Shown here: piece by piece, positions 1 through 12,990 of the stretch
Numbering within the stretch: the first letter of the stretch is position 1
Layout: each line of letters begins with the position of its first letter
NCBI GenBank assembly: GCA_964016885.1
Contig: OZ024745.1
Coordinates: 75,826,001 to 75,890,000 of the forward strand
Length of the DNA: 64,000 nucleotides
DNA from: Eledone cirrhosa
Lineage: Eukaryota
Direction of reading: 5' to 3'
Notes under the pieces: generated by a model
The model's database searches: none
Told to the model about the DNA's origin: nothing
The model's input: only the letters and a program-made list of their open reading frames with translations
Program-made: the position numbers and the translations under genes

Positions 1-227
1 AATTAAACATACAGTATATTGGCAAATATACTATACATACATTCACATATATAATATTTCTAGACAAATATACACATATATACATACCAAACTGTGGTCC
101 TGAAAAATTGTAAGGTAGCAAAGAGAGACAAAGGAATGAAATTTTTTAGCTTACATGACAGAAAAACGACCTGTATAGCAATTAGATTTAATAATAATTA
201 TATATAAATATTGAGTTCCAGACTTAC

Positions 228-351
228 ATTTAGTATATTTTTCATTACACTGGTGTCCTTTAGTTTGACAAATATGACAAACATCACAGTGGATTCTGTT
301 TGGTTTCACACATCTTTTACATTTGTCACAGTGGATATATGTTTTGCCATC
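228..351 (-). CDS. ZCCHC4: ZCCHC4 coding exon 10 (gene continues beyond left edge)
   Basis: aatcag| DGKTYIHCDKCKRCVKPNRIHCDVCHICQTKGHQCNEKYTK T|GTAAGT; no stop reached; 124 nt. Confidence 0.92.
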
Positions 352-2144
352 CTGATTTAAAAAAATTGTACATATAACATAATTGTTTCCACTTTTGGCA
401 CAAGGCCAGCAACTACCCAGTGGTACTTTATTTTATCGACCCCGTAAGTATGAAAGGCAAAGTTAACCTTGGCGGGATTTGAACTCAGAATGGCAAGGGC
501 AGTAACTCTATGCGTCAAAGCGTCCGACCCTCTACCGATACTGCCAATCCCCCGCCTATATTGTACATATAACATAATGATTGTTGAAGTTGTTTTTCTT
601 TAAATTTTGTATAGAGATATTTATATATTTATATTTTTTTAGGCATTCCATCGGTGACGACAACGAGTATTCCTGTTGATACAATCAATGAAACAGCCTG
701 CTCATGAAATTCAGCATGACACAGAATGTAACAGGTACAACTCAATTTTGCCAGCTGAAGCAACGTGAAATAAAGTGTTTTGCTCAAAGACACAATGAGC
801 CGCCAGGAATCAAACTCATGACCTTATGGTCATGAGCCAAATATCCTAACCACAAAACCACGCACCTTCTGTATATTTATATACACTAGCAGAAATATCA
901 GTCTCTGGATGTTGTTTTCTGTTAGGATAAGTATATATGTGTGTGTTTTGTAATGTATCTATCAATATAAACAAATGTCTGAAAAGAGAAAACTACATTT
1001 TTGACATGTAACTGATGCAAACTACCAATGTATTTCGTATTGTGGTTTATATAATTTAATACAATGATGTTTATTCTCTACAAGATAGTGACCACCCAGC
1101 TAGCTTTTACTTCATTCTGGCTGGCAGGCACGTTTGTCACCTGGGCAAGGTACATAATGCTGATTGCCTCATTCTGACTAGCAGATAAGATGTTTGACTA
1201 CTACATCACCAGAAAATACATTCAGCTTTCAAAGCAAATGTTGTAACAGTGTGCAAATGTCTAAATCAATAAATACCAGAGGACAACATATATATGAGAT
1301 TTTGAATTTTTATATACTGTTTTACTGATTCTAGCTTTCAGACTGTAGCCATGCTGTTTAGATATGTGAGTAAAATTTGTGAGACAGAAACTGCACATAA
1401 GCCCATCATATATATATAAATACTGTATAGTGGTCATGTAGGTGTCATGACAAAAAGCACCCAGCCCACACTGTAAAGCGGCCATTTAGGAATCACGACA
1501 AAAAGCATCCAGCAAACACTGTAAATGTGGTTGGCATTAGGAAGGGCATCCAGTCTTAGAAATCTAGCCAGAAACAGCTCTACATGCGCAAGACACAGCC
1601 ACCTGACCCAATTTGCCTCTAATGGGACAACCTGTCTAACTCATGCTAGCGTGGAAAATGACATTAAACGATGATGATGATGTATGTCTGTGTTTACATT
1701 TAGTGCTTGTTTATGTCCCATAAACAAATTTACTGATTTGACAAAATGAGATTGATGGAATAAGTACCAGACTTGAAGAAATCAGTACTGGGGTCAATAG
1801 TCTAAAGTCTGTCTTAAGCCAGACAGCTCATTAGGCCAGTGTTTATCCCAGTTTCATGGTGTGAAGCAACTGAGAGGACAAGATACCAGTCCATCGCTGG
1901 GTTAAACCCCCAGCTATTGCTGGTACTCATTTTCAGCTGAGTATACTGGATCAACGTGAAATAAAGTGTGTTGCTCAAGAAAAACAACCCAGTCCAGGAA
2001 TCCCATGACATAATGATCGTAAGTCTAACACCCTTACCACTAGGCCATGCACATCCACACTAGGGTCAATATGATCAACTAAATTCCTTCAAGACTAATG
2101 ACTGAAACAAGTAAAAAAATAAATGAATTAAAACAAAAACCTAC

Positions 2145-2220
2145 CTTTGAAGTACAACTGCCACATTTATTGCAGTGGTTGTTTTCAGGAGATGAATAAC
2201 AGCAACATATACCACAATAC
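2145..2220 (-). CDS. ZCCHC4: ZCCHC4 coding exon 9
   Basis: caatag| WYCGICCCYSSPENNHCNKCGSCTSK |GTAGGT; Cys-rich C-terminal zinc domain; 76 nt. Confidence 0.92.
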
Positions 2221-2245
2221 CTATTGAAATATATATAAAATAAAA

Positions 2246-2672
2246 TTAATATGGAAAGAGATATAAGGCTGAAACAATGCAAAATGGACTGTAAGATGAA
2301 GATAACGATAAAGTAAGTTACCTGGTAATCTTTGTTTTGTTTTTTTCATCCTAATATTTTGGGACTTAAAATTCCCTTCTTCAGAGTATAAGGAACTCTC
2401 AGAGAATAATGTTCCAGTTTGTTCATTTTGGGATTAAATTTAGATTTAAATTTCTTAAATCGTTTTCAAGTGTTGTTAGGTGGTGATTTCGCTATTCATG
2501 ATAAGAATCTCAATTGCTGATGAAGAAGGGAATTTTAAGTTCCAAAATATTAGGACAAAAGAAACAACAGCATCAACAAAAAAGAAACAAAGATTACCAG
2601 GTAACTTACTTTTTCAATACCTTCATCTTAGTCCATTTTGCATTGTTTAGCCTTATATCTCTTTCCACATTA
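2246..2672. repeat. Imperfect inverted repeat (MITE-like), arms about 135-155 bp
   Basis: tggaaagagatataaggct...aattcccttcttca is mirrored by tgaagaagggaatt...agccttatatctctttcca. Confidence 0.85.
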
Positions 2673-2925
2673 TATATCATATACAATGCTTCAAGCAAAC
2701 TACAACATTTTATTAAAATAAAATTAATTAGTTCTATTTCAGTGAGTATCTCATGTACTGTTTTATTGCTTTTCAAATGACACCTCATCATTTTTATGTC
2801 TGTATTTTTCCATGTTTGCACAGGTTGGATGAGAGCTTTTTTCTGTCAGCCAGCCTTTGTGTCATAGAAAACATGTAGAGAGAGATAATTATGATGGGAA
2901 AAGATAGCTTCATATTTTCACATAC

Positions 2926-3044
2926 CAGTAGCCCTCTTCTTTAGGTAAATGTATCAACTGACGTTCAATGTTGGTAAATATTCTCACTGCTGATTTCGTA
3001 TCTGAATGATCCTGTCTAAACTGATGTTGGTTGCTATATGAAAT
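2926..3044 (-). CDS. ZCCHC4: ZCCHC4 coding exon 8
   Basis: aaacag| ISYSNQHQFRQDHSDTKSAVRIFTNIERQLIHLPKEEGY TG|GTATGT; S.VRIFTN and EGY motifs; 119 nt. Confidence 0.93.
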
Positions 3045-3392
3045 CTGTTTCACATAAAATAAGAAAAATATATAATTTTATTTATTTATATATATACATA
3101 ATTGTTTCTACTTTTGGCACCAGGCCAGCAATTATCCCAGTGCATTACTGGTACTTTATTTTATCGAACCCGTAAGGATGAAAGGCAAAGTTAACCTCGG
3201 CGGGATTTGAACTCAGATCATAAAGGGAGGTAACTCTATGCTTCAAAGCATGGCGCCCGACCCTCTACCAATACTGCCAATCCACCATATACATAATAAT
3301 ATTGAAACAAAGTTATCGGAAGAACCGGTGTATCACCAACCATTCTGTTACTCACTTAATGCTTTAATTAAGCCAGCATCATTAAGATTCCA

Positions 3393-3464
<72 letters not shown>

Positions 3465-3470
3465 ATATAT

Positions 3471-3613
3471 GGAGGCACATGGCTTAGTGGTTAGAGCATT
3501 GGACTTGCAATCGAAAGGTTGTGAGTTCAATTCTCAGACCGGGTGATGTGTTGTTTCCTTGAGCAAGACACTTTATTTCACATTGCTCTAGTTTACTCAG
3601 CTGTAGAAATGAG
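3471..3613 (+). mobile_element. tRNA-derived CORE-type SINE family B
   Basis: tggcttagtggttagag A-box, gagttcaattc B-box, ccttgagcaagacactttatttcac core; minus-strand copies at about 655-870, 1830-2060, 29570-29830. Confidence 0.8.
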
Positions 3614-4367
3614 ATGATAGGGACTGGGGTCCATATCATATCCACTGCAAAGTGGTCGTGCAGGTGCCACGGCAAAAAAGCACCCAGCACTCACTGTAAA
3701 TGAGGTTGGTGTTAGGGAGGGCATCCAGCTGTAGAAATCAAGCCAAAAATCAGTTCCCGTCCCACCCTTGCAAGCAGGGAAAAAGCGGACGTAAAATGAA
3801 ATGATGATGAAATGAAATTATATATATATATATATAATCATATTATCTGTTTTTTCATGCTTGCATGAGTTGCAGGGATCTTTTTCAGCACATCTTCACT
3901 CCACTGTTCTTTTGTCATCATGTCAGGTTCAGCAATTTGAGATCTGCTCTCATCACCTCTGCCCAGGTCTTCCTTGTTTTACTCTACTTTAACTTCCTCC
4001 TAGTGAGATTTCTTGGCACTTCTTCACCCAACAATTGTCATCAATGCGTATCATATAACCATTCCAACAAGGCCTTCTCTCTTATTCTATTACTCTATTA
4101 CATGTTCCAACCAACCTAGGCAGAGATTGAGAACTGACCTCAAATCACTGAGATTCACAGAGGCGAAGACAAAGGATTGCGATGTGTGGAAAGATGTTGT
4201 GCTGAGAAGGACACATCCAATCCATGCAAGCATGGAAAAGCGGACGTGATGATGATGATAATAAACAGTTTTGTAAAGTAGAACTATGGGTGGTCAGGCA
4301 GTTTAGTACTAGAAGAGATTACTGGGAAGCATGTTAGGTCAACTATTCACATTCTCAAGTACATTAA

Positions 4368-4790
4368 CAGTACATGTGAAATAAAATGGATAACGTGACT
4401 GATTATAAAGGTCCTGCTTCCATCATACAGTACATGTGAAATAAAATGGATAACTTGACTGATTATAAGGGTCTTGCTTCCATCATACAGTACATGTGAA
4501 ATAAAATGGATAACTTGACTGCTTATAAGGGTCTTGCTTCCATCATACAGTACATGTGAAATAAAATGGATAACTTGACTGCTTATCAGGGTCTTGCTTC
4601 CATCATACAGTACATGTGAAATAAAATGGATAACTTGACTGCTTATAAAGGTCTTGCTTCCATCATACAGTACATGTGAAATAAAATGGATAACTTGACT
4701 GCTTATAAGGGTCTTGCTTCCATCATACGGTACATGTGAGGTAAGTTGGATAACTTAAAAGCTTATAAAGGTCTTGCCGCCATCATATGG
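4368..4790. repeat. 60-bp minisatellite, about 7 units, in ZCCHC4 intron 7
   Basis: cagtacatgtgaaataaaatggataacttgactgcttataagggtcttgcttccatcata repeated with exact 60-nt period. Confidence 0.95.
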
Positions 4791-4995
4791 TATTCACTAA
4801 GCCAAACTTTGGTAAATGAATATATTTAAAACATGAGGAAAAAATGTTGCAATTGGTTTTAAGAATGGTGAGCCTCACAAATATGATTGCACAGGATTGT
4901 GAGGATTAGTTATATGTTGTGGTGGAGAATTAAACATCACAAAGCAGCATAGAAAAGTAGTTGTTAAATTGATGATCAAAATAATAATACTTTAC

Positions 4996-5096
4996 CTTAT
5001 AATCAAGCATAGAGAAACCTGTGAAGGAACTTTCAACTCTCTTTTCCATAAAATATGGTAGAATTATTATTGCTGGTAATATACATTCAGATGTTT
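4996..5096 (-). CDS. ZCCHC4: ZCCHC4 coding exon 7
   Basis: cttatag| KTSECILPAIIILPYFMEKRVESSFTGFSMLDYK |GTAAAG; PYF.E and MLDY motifs; 101 nt. Confidence 0.92.
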
Positions 5097-6164
5097 CTAT
5101 AAGTATAAAAATATAAGAGTGGGTATTAAATCTAAGAATAATAATTGAATTTGTCCTTTATTCGAGGATAATAAAATATGATGAAGATAGTATTGAATTT
5201 GTTAGTCTAGGTTGGTTTATCAAAAACATGCTTTTAGACAAATAATCTATCCTATGAAAATCATAGAAAACACCTAAAAAAAATTAATCTAAATAAGAAC
5301 AGTATTGTTGTTGTGAGGAGACTTTGGGATTGAAAGTCTTTAAAAAACATTGGCTTTGAGCTTCAACAGGCATGTGATGATAATGATGATCATTCATCAT
5401 CATCATTTGACGTCTGCTTGCAATGGTGTTCAATATAATGAAAGTAATGGAATGGGTGATTGTAAGTATGAATGATGTGGGAGAAATTCATATCACAGTA
5501 AAAAAAACACCCAATACACACTGTAAAGTGGTTTGTATTAGAAAGGCCACCTGGCCATAGAAACCATGCCAAAAATGAAACATGAGTGAGATAATGTTCT
5601 CTAACTCTCCAATCCATTTAGTCTCAAACCATAACAACCCGTCCAACCCATGCTAGCATGAAAAATGGACATAAAATGGTGTGCTTTTATCCATTTTTAA
5701 GTTCGTGCAATTAGAATGTCTCAGGAAAGAATTGCTGGACAGATTTTAATGGCAGGAGACCCAGGAGTAGACCCTGAGCCAGATGGTTGGATAACATCCA
5801 TGAGCTTGGCTGGTCTTGCTTGAGGGTCCAACCAGATCAGTTGGAGATGGTTGCTTCTGACAGGACCCGCTGGAAAGAGTGTTTGTGGACTCTGCCACCA
5901 CGACCCTCTCGGGAATAAGTGGGTGAGGAAGAAGACTGTGAATCTGTAATTATGATCTTCATCTTTATATTTCCATTGCATCAGCAGTTTCAGCATCATC
6001 TTCTCCACTCAATCCCCAGCTGGTGGTCAGTCTTAAAAAGTATTGAGCCACACCTGCTCTAAGTACTTCAGCATATGTAGGAATTTTGAAGGGCATTCTT
6101 GAAGACAGCTATCTAGGATATTCTCAAAAATAACTGTTATAACATGGTGAGGAATTTTCATCAT

Positions 6165-6790
6165 CATCATCAGGTCGAGCTTGCTCAGCCTTCTACGACA
6201 CGTTTCCTCCATCCATCTCGTCTCTCATAGCGTTTGCCAGTTCTTCCGCAGTGCATCCAGTATCGTCCTCAAGTTGCTTGACGTATGTCTTCTTGGGACG
6301 ACGAGCGTTTCTTGCTCCATGAGATGGACTCCATAACAATACATCGCCTGCTATTTCTTCCTTGCTGCGCCAACAGTGGCCAGCAAATCTGAGTCTCTGT
6401 TTACGTATTGACTTGCTGATAGGTGGTATATTGCCTCCAAGATACGTTTAAAGCAGCACGGAGCATACGTGTGTATGTCCCGTCTAGCTTTTTCTCCAGT
6501 TTTGACGTTAGCGTCCAAGTGACAGAGCCATAAACAAGCACAGATTCCACAGCAGCTCTGAAGAAATTCCTTTTCAGTTTGGCCGGCAGGTTTGATTTCC
6601 ATATCTTTTCCATTGCATTCAATGCTCCCAGGCTTTTCCCAGTCTAATGTTAACATCATGTTCTGTGGAGGCGATATAGCTACCCAAGTATTTGAAGTCG
6701 TCAACTTGCTTGATTATATCGCCGTTTAGACTTCGCATACCAACTGAGGAGTCTTGGTTCAGGCAAATATATTCTGCTTTGCCTGCGTTT
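6165..6790 (-). mobile_element. RTE/RTEX-like LINE 3' fragment
   Basis: DDFKYLGS, FRAAVESVLVYGSVTW, LDGTYTRMLRAALNVSW; (GAT)n tail. Confidence 0.85.
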
Positions 6791-7514
6791 TAGGAATTTT
6801 AGTCTGTTAAATGAACATCTCTAATGACAGTGCTACTGTAGTTGTTCTAGCAGTTAATTCTTCCACTTTTTCTCTTTGGAAGAAATCAGTTACATTCACA
6901 CATAGAAAGAGATGAGCTCTGCTAGGTTTTAAATATGGCACCCCTATGATTCCATCAAGAGTTCAGAACCAATGGATGGATGGATAGAATAATGAGGATA
7001 TATAAGCTGTGAAAACTCAGCTGAAACTAATCAATTGGTCTACTTGACTCATACTTTGTTTTGTTTGTTAAAAACAATATTATGCTATTAGTTTTAAACA
7101 TTTTTTCTTCAATATATACCAAGGATTGTAAACGATATCTGAGAGGTCCTTAGCATCAATTATGTACTGACTTTGTAATGGCCCCACCAACTCTTGCTAG
7201 CAGGGAGAACAGGCATTAAATGTTTATAATGATGTTTACTATATATATGTGTGTATCTGGTTTATATCTGTATGTATCTAGTTTAGAACTGCATCTGTGT
7301 GTTGTTAGAAGCAACTACAGGTTGGCATTAGGAAAGGCATCCGTTCATAAAATATTGCCTCAAAAAGGACCCTATAGTAAGTATGAAGTCAGTCATGGAA
7401 TACACAGGACTAATCCTTGCTTTAGAAGGGAAAATAGCTTTAAAGCACTTGTATTTGTATGCACATGCGTGAGTGTGTAAAAGAGAATTTTTTTTAATTG
7501 GAAAAGGTTAATAC

Positions 7515-7737
7515 TTTTTGATAAATTTTGCCATTGTTTCAGTAGATTGTTATAAGAATGAGCCAGTACTTCAATCATACACCCAAAAGGTGGATCAAAA
7601 ACAACTGCTAATTTCTTAACATCATCATCCTGTTCCGTAATGAATTGTTGGAATATTTCAACAGCTTTTGTATTGTTGAAGAAATAGTTGTTGAACATGT
7701 TGTAATGACAGAAGTGTTCAGCAGAGTAAACTTGCAT
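7515..7737 (-). CDS. ZCCHC4: ZCCHC4 coding exon 6 (catalytic DPPF)
   Basis: tttcag| MQVYSAEHFCHYNMFNNYFF...VVFDPPFGCMIEVLA...WQNLSK A|GTATTA; DPPF N6-adenine MTase motif IV; weak donor but phase fits exon 7. Confidence 0.92.
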
Positions 7738-8989
7738 CTGAAATATATAAAAAAAAAGCAATTAAGAAGAAATGAAATTAATTCTAATTAATAAATTATT
7801 GTTTATTAAAGAATCTATCTGTCTTTCTATTTATATATACACCTATCTATATCTGTATGTGTATGCATGTATCATCAACATCATCGTTTAATACTCATTT
7901 TCCACACTAACATGGGTTAGACGGGTTGTCTCATTAGAGGTAAGTTGGGTCGGATGACCATATCTTGCTCCTATAGAACTGTTTCTAACTAGGTTTCTAT
8001 GGCTGGATGCCCTTCCTTAACGCCAACCTCATTTACAGTGTGTGTTAGGTGCTTTTAGTCGGGACTCCTACATGAACACTTTACGGTGTGGATTGGGTGA
8101 TTTTTGTTGTGACACCTACGACCACCTTATAGTGTGGGTTAGGTGCTTTTTGTCATGACACCTACACAACCACTTTACATAATCCTGGGGAGGCTTCATA
8201 GAGGTGATTGATAGTTACTGCTATCTAATTGACTTAATAACAATGGGAGGAGGTTACAGATATATTTAATGAAATTTCACTGATTTAACTTTAATATGTC
8301 ACAATTTTTTGTGTTTGTGAGTATACTACAATAACAACAACAGCTACTGCCAGAAATCAGTGATTTCTGCCAACAGTGTTATCTATCTAAGTGTCTCACT
8401 CTATATATGCTTATCTATCTATCTATATATATATATATATCCAACCCATGCAAGCATGGAAAAACGGATGTAAAAACGTTGATGATGATGATGATATATA
8501 TATATATATAAACTTAAGAAAAATAACAGAGGACAAGACAATGAACAAAAAATAATTTTTTAAGGGGAAAATTAAAAAAATTATTTTTTAAAAATAAAAA
8601 TACAAACGAAGGACAGAACTCCGGGGTCATCAGCTGTTAAGGTGGACTTTGGCAGTTTCAACCCCTACCAATGGTACTGCTGGCCCACCCAAGGTTACAG
8701 CATCTGACACAAGCCAAACACTGTCTAGTGGAGTAAGTGACGAGAGACAAAACATTAATTTATAGCAATAAAGCTACAAGTACACATAGAATTTTATGTG
8801 ATGTCAAGGAAAAAGTGTGGTGCCTCTTATAGCATGAGAGTCATGAATGAAAGAAATTAAGATAGCGTGCTAAAAATATGTAAGCCATAGCAATAAATGA
8901 GGGGAGAAACGATAACATGTTTGTCACATTAGTATTAATAAACTTAAGAAAAGTCCCCTTAGAAGTGGTAGATAACTTCTGCTCCCTAA

Positions 8990-9550
8990 GTGTCCTAATT
9001 AGCAGGGGGCGGAGGTTGCCCTGAAAGCACAGTAGCTAGAATAAGACCAAGATGAAAAAAGTTCAGGGAGATACTACCTCTTGACAATAAAGGCTTCGCT
9101 TTATGAATGAAAGGCTGGCTATATGATGCCAGCAGGTGAAATGCGATGTTGCATGGAAGTGAAACATGGGCAGTAAATGCAGAGGATATGTGAAAGCTTG
9201 AGAGAAATGAAGTGAGCATCCTTCGATGGATGTGTGATGTTAATGTGTGGGAACAGTGAAGCATGGATGGCCTGAGAGAGAAACTGAGTTTAAGAGGAAT
9301 AATCAAATGTAGTATACAAGAAGGATGTCTGTATTGGTATGGTTATGAGATGTGTATGGAAGATAATCGTTGGGTGAAGAATTGCCAGAGAAGTTCTCAA
9401 TGGAAGGAAACTGCAATAGAGGAAGGCCTATGCAAAGTGAGAACAGATCTCAAAATGCTGATGAAGGAAACCAACAAGTTGAGGGAAGTGGTGCTAGAAA
9501 AATCTTGCTAAACCCATCCTAGCATGGAGACAGCTGTAAAAAGGATGATA
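8990..9550 (+). mobile_element. RTE LINE 3' fragment
   Basis: KGWLYDA...MLHGSETWAV...LERNEVSILRWMC; tail aacccatcctagcatgga; related fragments at 4120-4260 and 27940-28230. Confidence 0.8.
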
Positions 9551-9796
9551 TTTAAAATTGTTTTTCATGAGACAAAGACTACTACAATGCATATTAACTA
9601 TAATATAGCTGAATTAAATTGAGGATATGACCCTTCAGACAGAAAAAAGTGAACATTGCAAGGGGTTACACCTTTGATTGTATGTATATATTACTCCATA
9701 ACAACCTCACCCAAACATTCTACAATTGAGACTCAATAACTGTCAGAAACATAGACATTACATTTTTTCATATATATAAATTAAGTATAAACTTAC

Positions 9797-9869
9797 ATAT
9801 CTGTGATCCAAGTCAAGAAGAAGAGATTGGATTTTGTTACTTTTTTCATTTTGGATGGCTTCATGTAGA
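9797..9869 (-). CDS. ZCCHC4: ZCCHC4 coding exon 5
   Basis: attttag| SLHEAIQNEKSNKIQSLLLDLDHRY |GTAAGT; LLLD.D.R motif; 73 nt. Confidence 0.92.
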
Positions 9870-10156
9870 CTAAAATAAAATTAAATAACAGATTACAAAT
9901 TATGAACTTGGAGATGCTGTCTTGTTTTTTTCAGTACTTCAAGAAATTCTTAACCCTTTGTGACCATATTTCAAATGAAATGCACTATATTTGAATTAAA
10001 TAATGAAGAAATTGGAGGGATTAATTGAAAATTATTAATAACTTCATTATAACAAAACCAACCATTTAAAATTAAAATCTTTCAGCATTTTATATAAGAA
10101 CCATAAATTAAGTTACTACCTTAGAAATTAATAATTTTAGTAAATCCCTCAAATTC

Positions 10157-10420
10157 CACTGCAAGGTGGTCGTGGAGGTGCCACGGCAAAAAAGCACAGC
10201 CCACACTGTAAAGTGGACGTGGAGGTGCCACGGAAAAAGCACCCAGCACTCACTATAAATGAGGTTGGTGTTAGGAATGGCATCCAGCTGTAGAAATCAA
10301 GCCAAAATCAGTTCCTGTATGAGCAAGGCATGGTCAGCCGACCAGACACTGCCCACAACAGGACAACCCGTCTAACCCATGTTAGTGTGGAAGAATGGAT
10401 GTAAAACGGTGATGATGATG
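10157..10420 (+). mobile_element. SINE family C with RTE-like (GAT)n tail
   Basis: cacccagcac..ctgtaaagtggttggcattaggaagggcatccagctgtagaaa...aacccatgctagcatggaaaa..gacgt..aaacgatgatgat; many copies, e.g. 1430-1682, 3640-3810, 5500-5680, 7872-8180 (-), 13040-13372, 18170-18490 (-), 32530-32810 (-), 47225-47420. Confidence 0.8.
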
Positions 10421-10598
10421 GGTTTCAGAAACATGTCTTGGTCAAACATTCCATATTTTGTTATAGTTTCTATAGCTGGGTGCCCTTCGCCACACCAATT
10501 ACTTTACAAAGTGTACTGAGTGAATTTTATTATGGCATCAACACTAACGAGGTTGCCAGTCCTACACAGGATATTAAAACAAGGATAATGATATTTAC

Positions 10599-10690
10599 CT
10601 CGGTACGCCAACACAGAGTATGTGACTGATATTTTGCTGTTCAAATGTTGTTTTAAGTAAATGAAGAGTTTTTTTAGAAAAATGATATTG
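10599..10690 (-). CDS. ZCCHC4: ZCCHC4 coding exon 4
   Basis: tttcag| QYHFSKKTLHLLKTTFEQQNISHILCVGVP AG|GTAAAT; SAM-binding motif region (LCVG.P); 92 nt. Confidence 0.92.
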
Positions 10691-11170
10691 CTGAAATTAA
10701 ACAAAATAAAAAAAACATATTTTAAAAAAAAATCAAATTTAAAAAATTATTTACTTTTCAGATTTTCTTTATCAACAACTTATTAGAAAGTGAGAGTTAA
10801 CAACATAAGGCAAGAGAGGGCTCTCCAATCAAGTCAGCAATCTGACAACTTCTCTAATGTTGATGCCATGATAAAATGCACCTAGTACACTTTGTAAAGC
10901 AGCTAGGGTTAGGAAGGACATCTAAGCTGTAGAAACGATCCAAAATAGGTTGAAAGGACTTTTCTAGGATATGACAATCTCCTTTCTACTTGTGCCATAA
11001 TAAAATGCACCCAGTGTATTTTGTATTAGTAAGGGCATCTAGCTGTAGAAACCATGCCAAAACTAAAATGTGAGATGTAGTTCCAATTAAGTACTGCCTT
11101 GGTCTGGGGAGAGGCAAAAAGTTTGAGAATATCTGATCGAATGCAACAGTTTTAAAATTTTACTACTTAC

Positions 11171-11360
11171 TGCATAGACTTTATTATTTTGATAAGGAGA
11201 GAATAACAGTGTTGGGTAGGACAGCATCTTGTCAGAGATACTCTTTTTAAGTTTGTGAGAATTCCCTTGATGCTGTTTTAACTCAGTAGGAAGGAGTAAG
11301 AGTTGACAATCAATGCAATAATATCTCGTTTCCACTGGACTCTCAGAAAATCTTTGCAAC
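11171..11360 (-). CDS. ZCCHC4: ZCCHC4 coding exon 3
   Basis: RLQRFSESPVETRYYCIDCQLLLLP..H..H...PTLLFSPYQNNKVYA |GTAAGT; C2H2-like finger; 190 nt, phase 2->0. Confidence 0.9.
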
Positions 11361-11399
11361 CTTCAATTAAAAGAAGAGTTAAAGTAAACTTACAGTACC

Positions 11400-12990
11400 A
11401 AATTTTAAAAAATGAATGTATGGTTATCCAGAGAATTTGATAAGTCTATAACTTTGATAGATTTCGAGCAGTATTGGCCCAGGCCATGTCTAACTTAATA
11501 GCACCACCTGGAAAAGTCTTTCAAAACATGATATGGACACCATGGACCACCACTCAAATAGAGAGTTATTTTGGGAGACATATCCAAATGTAGGAGGTTT
11601 ATTCGAGATTTCTTGGAGGAATTTGACCAAAGACTTTTTCAATTTTATGGGATCTGTTTTTGTGTTTTGGTGTATTAGAGGAAGCAGGATCAGTTGAGGT
11701 GAAATAATTGTGCTGTAATGTTGTTATGAGATGGAGTTTGATTTTTGTAGTTGGCGGATAGCACGGGGCCCAAGCCTTAGATGTTCTTTAAAGATGATGC
11801 CAACATCAATTGGGCAATGCTGATGGAATATTTTCTACATGATGCAGATAATGTAGCACACACAACAGTGTTGGAGAGAGTAGTTTGAGCTTTCCTAGTT
11901 GACCCCAATAGTCAACACCTTTGAGGTGCTTCAATTTTCATGATATTTTGTTTCATGTGGGCAGACCACAGTGGAGAAGAGAAGGATAATGGTGTAGATA
12001 TCTCTCGACTGGGAACTCCTGAGAATCCAGGAACACATTCTACATGCCATGTCAGCTTATGTTGTTATCAACAATTACTCCCAGGCCTCTGAGGTTGTTG
12101 GATGCCACGAGGGTTTCCCTTGAGTGAAGTGAATATGATAGTTTCAGTGCATCCAAAGTAGATTAGTTCAAATTTATCCTCATTCAGTAGCATATTGTTT
12201 TTTTTTCTGCCCAATGGATAACAGCAAGTAGATCTGATTAAAGACATGTCCAGTCTACCACTCCATTGATGACCTTCAGGAGCTTGGAATCATCTGCAAA
12301 GATTCTCGTTGCTGTGCTTGATGACATCAACAATGTCATTGATATAAATAATGAAAAGAAGTGGGACCCAATGCAGGGCCTTGTGGCACACCACTACTGA
12401 CTTTGGCTGGGCTTGATTTTACTCCTTCGACTACATGTTGGGCTCTGTTTGTCAGGAAATACTTGATCCATTGCAGTAACTTTCCTGTGATACCAATATT
12501 GGATAGTTTTTTCAGTAGGATGTGATCAACCCTGTCAAAGGCCTTGCTGAAATCAAGGTAGATGACATCAGTGTTGGAGCCCTCTCCCAAAGCTCTTCAA
12601 ATGTCATCAAAGTGGTGCAGGAACTGTGTTAGGCAGTCCCTACCATTATGGAACCCATGTTGGTCTGAGTTCAGCAGATTGTGAGTTATTCCTTATTTCA
12701 CCACCCTCTCAAATACTTTAATGATATGAAAGGTGAGTAAGATTGGATGGTAATTCACTGCAAGGGACTTGTTTCCCTTTTTGAAAACTGGGACAACATA
12801 CTGGGACAGAATGTTTTCAGGTATAAGGCTAGCATCCAGTGAGTTCCTCCACAGATTAGCTAGAGGAGATACAAGTTGGTGTCGACACACCTTCAGGACA
12901 CTAGCAGGGAACCTACTGGGGCCTACTGCTGAGTTGTATTTCATTTTGTTTATTGCTACTAAAACATCAATTTTCTTGAGATGCTTATCT
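11400..12990 (-). mobile_element. CR1/L2-like LINE reverse-transcriptase relic
   Basis: VPVFKKGNK...NYHPI, YLDFSKAFDRVDH, SGVPQG, IFADD motifs with frameshifts. Confidence 0.9.

Noticed and set aside
3471-3545. tRNA gene
   Set aside because: A and B boxes run straight into a SINE core, with no proper acceptor stem; multiple dispersed copies.
4368-4790. CRISPR-like array
   Set aside because: Units are contiguous with no unique spacers, there are no cas genes, and the context is a eukaryotic intron.
7500-7514. Possible second U12 donor (GTATTAACCTTT) in ZCCHC4
   Set aside because: Does not match GTATCCTT, and there is no TCCTTRAC branch before the exon 7 acceptor; treated as a weak U2 donor.
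8615-8670. Hammerhead ribozyme on minus strand (GAAAC...GTC...CTGATGA)
   Set aside because: Core words and a GUC triplet are present, but stem I has only one pair and stem II cannot close next to the core.
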